From positions 583,621 through 647,620 of the forward strand of contig BCKZ01000013.1 of the NCBI GenBank assembly GCA_001600815.1: a stretch of 64,000 bases of DNA, read 5' to 3'. The DNA comes from Alloascoidea hylecoeti (lineage: Eukaryota). How positions within the stretch are numbered: the first letter of the stretch is position 1; each line of letters begins with the position of its first letter. This document shows, piece by piece, positions 61,763 through 64,000 of the stretch. The notes below the pieces were generated by a model that ran no database searches, was not told the DNA's origin, and saw only the letters and a list, made by a program, of their open reading frames with translations. Both the position numbers and the translations under genes were made by a program.

Positions 61763-63040
61763 TCAGAGATAAGCAATGGTGTTGAATAATACAAAATCAG
61801 TCGACCCTACTGGTCGTACCGATACTCTACTATCAAAATATGACTTTGCCCAGGCATCCATTTCAATGGCAGAATAAGGACCGTGAATCTCATCATTCCC
61901 TTCCCATTTGAATTCCCATTGCTGATTTGGCTCTGATATATTAAGTTTCTTCAATTGTTTTGTTGGTTCCCATTTAGAGGATGATGGACTTCTACTTCTC
62001 TTTCGTACTCTTGCAGGATCTTCATAATCATGGCCAGTCTTTTTTCTATATTGTCGCATTAATAATTCTCTCTCGGTGTCGTAGATATCTGTATAGCCGC
62101 GTTGTAAAAGTTGATCGCAAGCTTCTGTTATATTTAGTACTGATCGCTTTCGTGCATTTTCTTTTGTTATATCTTCTTGAAGTTGAGTTAGATTATTATT
62201 CCTGGATTTATTATGCCTACTCTTCTCAGAATTCAATTCTTGTAGAGCTTCAATAGGGGTTTGTGCTGGTTCTAAGATTTCGATTAACTGTCTCAATAAT
62301 TCTCCATCTCCGATATAAGAATTCTCTAGTTTCATCTTCTCTTGCTTTGCTTTTTGACTTAGTATTCTTTCTGCTTTTTGGGCTTTCTTTATATCTGATT
62401 TCTTAACATCTAAAAGCCACGAATCTTGATGTTCGTTTTCATCAGCCATATTTCTTGTAAAATTCAAATCAGCATCAAACTGACCTTCTTCTAAATCATC
62501 TTCGAGTCCGAATCTTTCAATTTTCGGTTGGCTTTCGTCGTTGTCATCATCATCATCATCTTCTTCTTCTTCTTCTTCCCCTTCTTTGTCACTATTAATC
62601 GTGTCATCAAACCTAACCCCAGATTTTTCGAAAAGTCTCGTTTCCTCGGCATCTTCTGTTCCTAGAGATTTTTCGAAAGCATCTACATCCAATGCTTCTA
62701 CCAGGTCATCGTCATCATCATCAACTACATCTCTACCATTAACAAATCCCCTTTTAAGCCGTATTTTTTCCGATTCAACTTCCTTTGAATTATTGCTTTT
62801 AACTTCCTTTAAATTATTGTTTTCATCATCACTATTGAACATATCATCGTCCGAATCATCAGCTTCTTCATCGCTACTATCTGGACCCTCATTAGATATT
62901 CCTTTCCGACCAGTCTTTTTAGTGGAACCAGGTAAATCCTCTTCTAGGAACGCCTCTTCCTCTGTTATTTTATCATTCAGGTTTGGTACATATAAACGGG
63001 AATGATCACGAGAGTCAAAACGAAGAATTTTTTTGGCCAT
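61763..63040 (-). CDS. LIN1: U5 snRNP GYF-domain protein Lin1/Snu40 (CD2BP2)
   Basis: IERFGLEDDLEEGQFD, DSWLL, ILEPAQTPIEALQ and ITEACDQLL; C-terminal WEFKW…HGPYSAIEMDAWAKSYF. Confidence 0.9.
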   Translation of the reverse strand: MAKKILRFDSRDHSRLYVPNLNDKITEEEAFLEEDLPGSTKKTGRKGISNEGPDSSDEEADDSDDDMFNSDDENNNLKEVKSNNSKEVESEKIRLKRGFVNGRDVVDDDDDDLVEALDVDAFEKSLGTEDAEETRLFEKSGVRFDDTINSDKEGEEEEEEDDDDDDNDESQPKIERFGLEDDLEEGQFDADLNFTRNMADENEHQDSWLLDVKKSDIKKAQKAERILSQKAKQEKMKLENSYIGDGELLRQLIEILEPAQTPIEALQELNSEKSRHNKSRNNNLTQLQEDITKENARKRSVLNITEACDQLLQRGYTDIYDTERELLMRQYRKKTGHDYEDPARVRKRSRSPSSSKWEPTKQLKKLNISEPNQQWEFKWEGNDEIHGPYSAIEMDAWAKSYFDSRVSVRPVGSTDFVLFNTIAYL

Positions 63041-63670
63041 TATTGTATTCAGTGGGAAGAATAGTCCTTAAAGTATTTAATATCACGTGAAATATGCGTG
63101 TGTAAGCTTAAAGTTCAAAAAGTGGATGCAACTGTCTGATGTTAAAAGTCTGTTTTTGAATCACTTTACACGAATCTGAATCATTTCTCAGTGAGTTTAA
63201 ACCTATCTAATTCATTATCTCTAGTGTAGTAGCATATCACAACTATTTCTATATTTCGTTCCAGCGAATTAAGATCTGTTGCAATTGAAATGACATTTCT
63301 GCAGCTGGCTCTTTTAATATGTTTGATGAAAGTGGTAATAAATGTTATACTGCAGCGTTAACTGATACTTCTTCTTAAGCTTGTTCGTGCAATTTTACAG
63401 AATGATTTTGTATTCTATTGCCGGTGATGAAACGCCCTAATTATTGAATAACACAACTATAGTTGATAATTAAATTTATAATAATCATGCAGATACTTTC
63501 CTTTATCAAGTTGCCATGATTGGATACTTGCATTTTCTTACCTACAATACAGTACAGCAAGCTATATTTCTGGGCTAAAACTTTCCAACAGTGAGTTTAT
63601 TAGTCTTACAGCAGATGTAATCAATATCTATGATCTAGAAGATGTTTAAATCTAAAATATTAAAGTTCCT

Positions 63671-64000
63671 TTATATCAATTCAGAGATCATATCATCTAG
63701 TAATTTCATATCATACCATTCGCTGACATGCTTGAGTAACTTTATCTTTTGGAAGATTTCCTCTTTTGGGACTGTTTCAATCCATCCCCCAGAACAAGGA
63801 CAATAATCTGATAAATCATCAGCTCTGACTTTATTGCATTTATTACATTTAAAATCCTGTGAATGATAAGAGTAGCAAATCTTATCTAATTCATAAATCA
63901 GTCGTTCTTCAATAAAAATCTTATTGCAAGGCTTTTTGCAATCTTCACATCCCCAGATCAGTTTATCATCATCAATATCATTAACGCTACACAGATCAAT
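63671..64000 (-). CDS. POL2: DNA polymerase epsilon catalytic subunit, C-terminal CysA/CysB end (5'-partial)
   Basis: Hand translation IDLC…WGCEDCKK…IEERLI…QDFKCNKCNKVRADDLSDYCPCSGGW…EWYDMKLL…*; not in the ORF track. Confidence 0.92.
   Translation of the reverse strand: MDLCSVNDIDDDKLIWGCEDCKKPCNKIFIEERLIYELDKICYSYHSQDFKCNKCNKVRADDLSDYCPCSGGWIETVPKEEIFQKIKLLKHVSEWYDMKLLDDMISELI

Noticed and set aside
181..63005. Numerous short ORFs antisense to or overlapping real genes (e.g. 1390-1887, 30239-30676, 50992-51414, 62541-63005)
   Set aside because: Shadow frames of bona fide CDSs with low-complexity translations.

Overview
AT-rich eukaryotic chromosome segment from an intron-containing budding yeast (Saccharomycotina-like; standard code, since CTG sits at conserved Leu positions in DIC1 and POL2). 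It holds about 23 protein-coding genes or gene ends, mostly housekeeping: 3' part of MEC1/ATR, CCZ1, a SHE3-like coiled-coil gene, JEN1, a GPI-anchored Cu-only SOD, NRD1, TEX1/THOC3, SUI1, DIC1, FMT1, SFP1, a small GPI wall protein, an RRT12-like subtilase, a G1 cyclin, SLP1, TAF2, a 3-beta-HSD-like SDR, DSL1, ADH4, ATX1, ORC5, LIN1 and the 3' end of POL2. I reconstructed 16 short introns by hand, each restoring the reading frame. Two non-routine signals stand out. (1) Two to three co-oriented, 5'-truncated L1-clade non-LTR retrotransposon 3' ends are stacked directly upstream of a tRNA-Ala(UGC) gene, suggesting tRNA-targeted LINE integration. (2) Mac1-type copper-response elements plus a TATA-like box cluster at the 3' end of the Cu-only SOD gene, positioned to drive an antisense transcript. 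Gene identities come from motif recognition only; no database searches were run.
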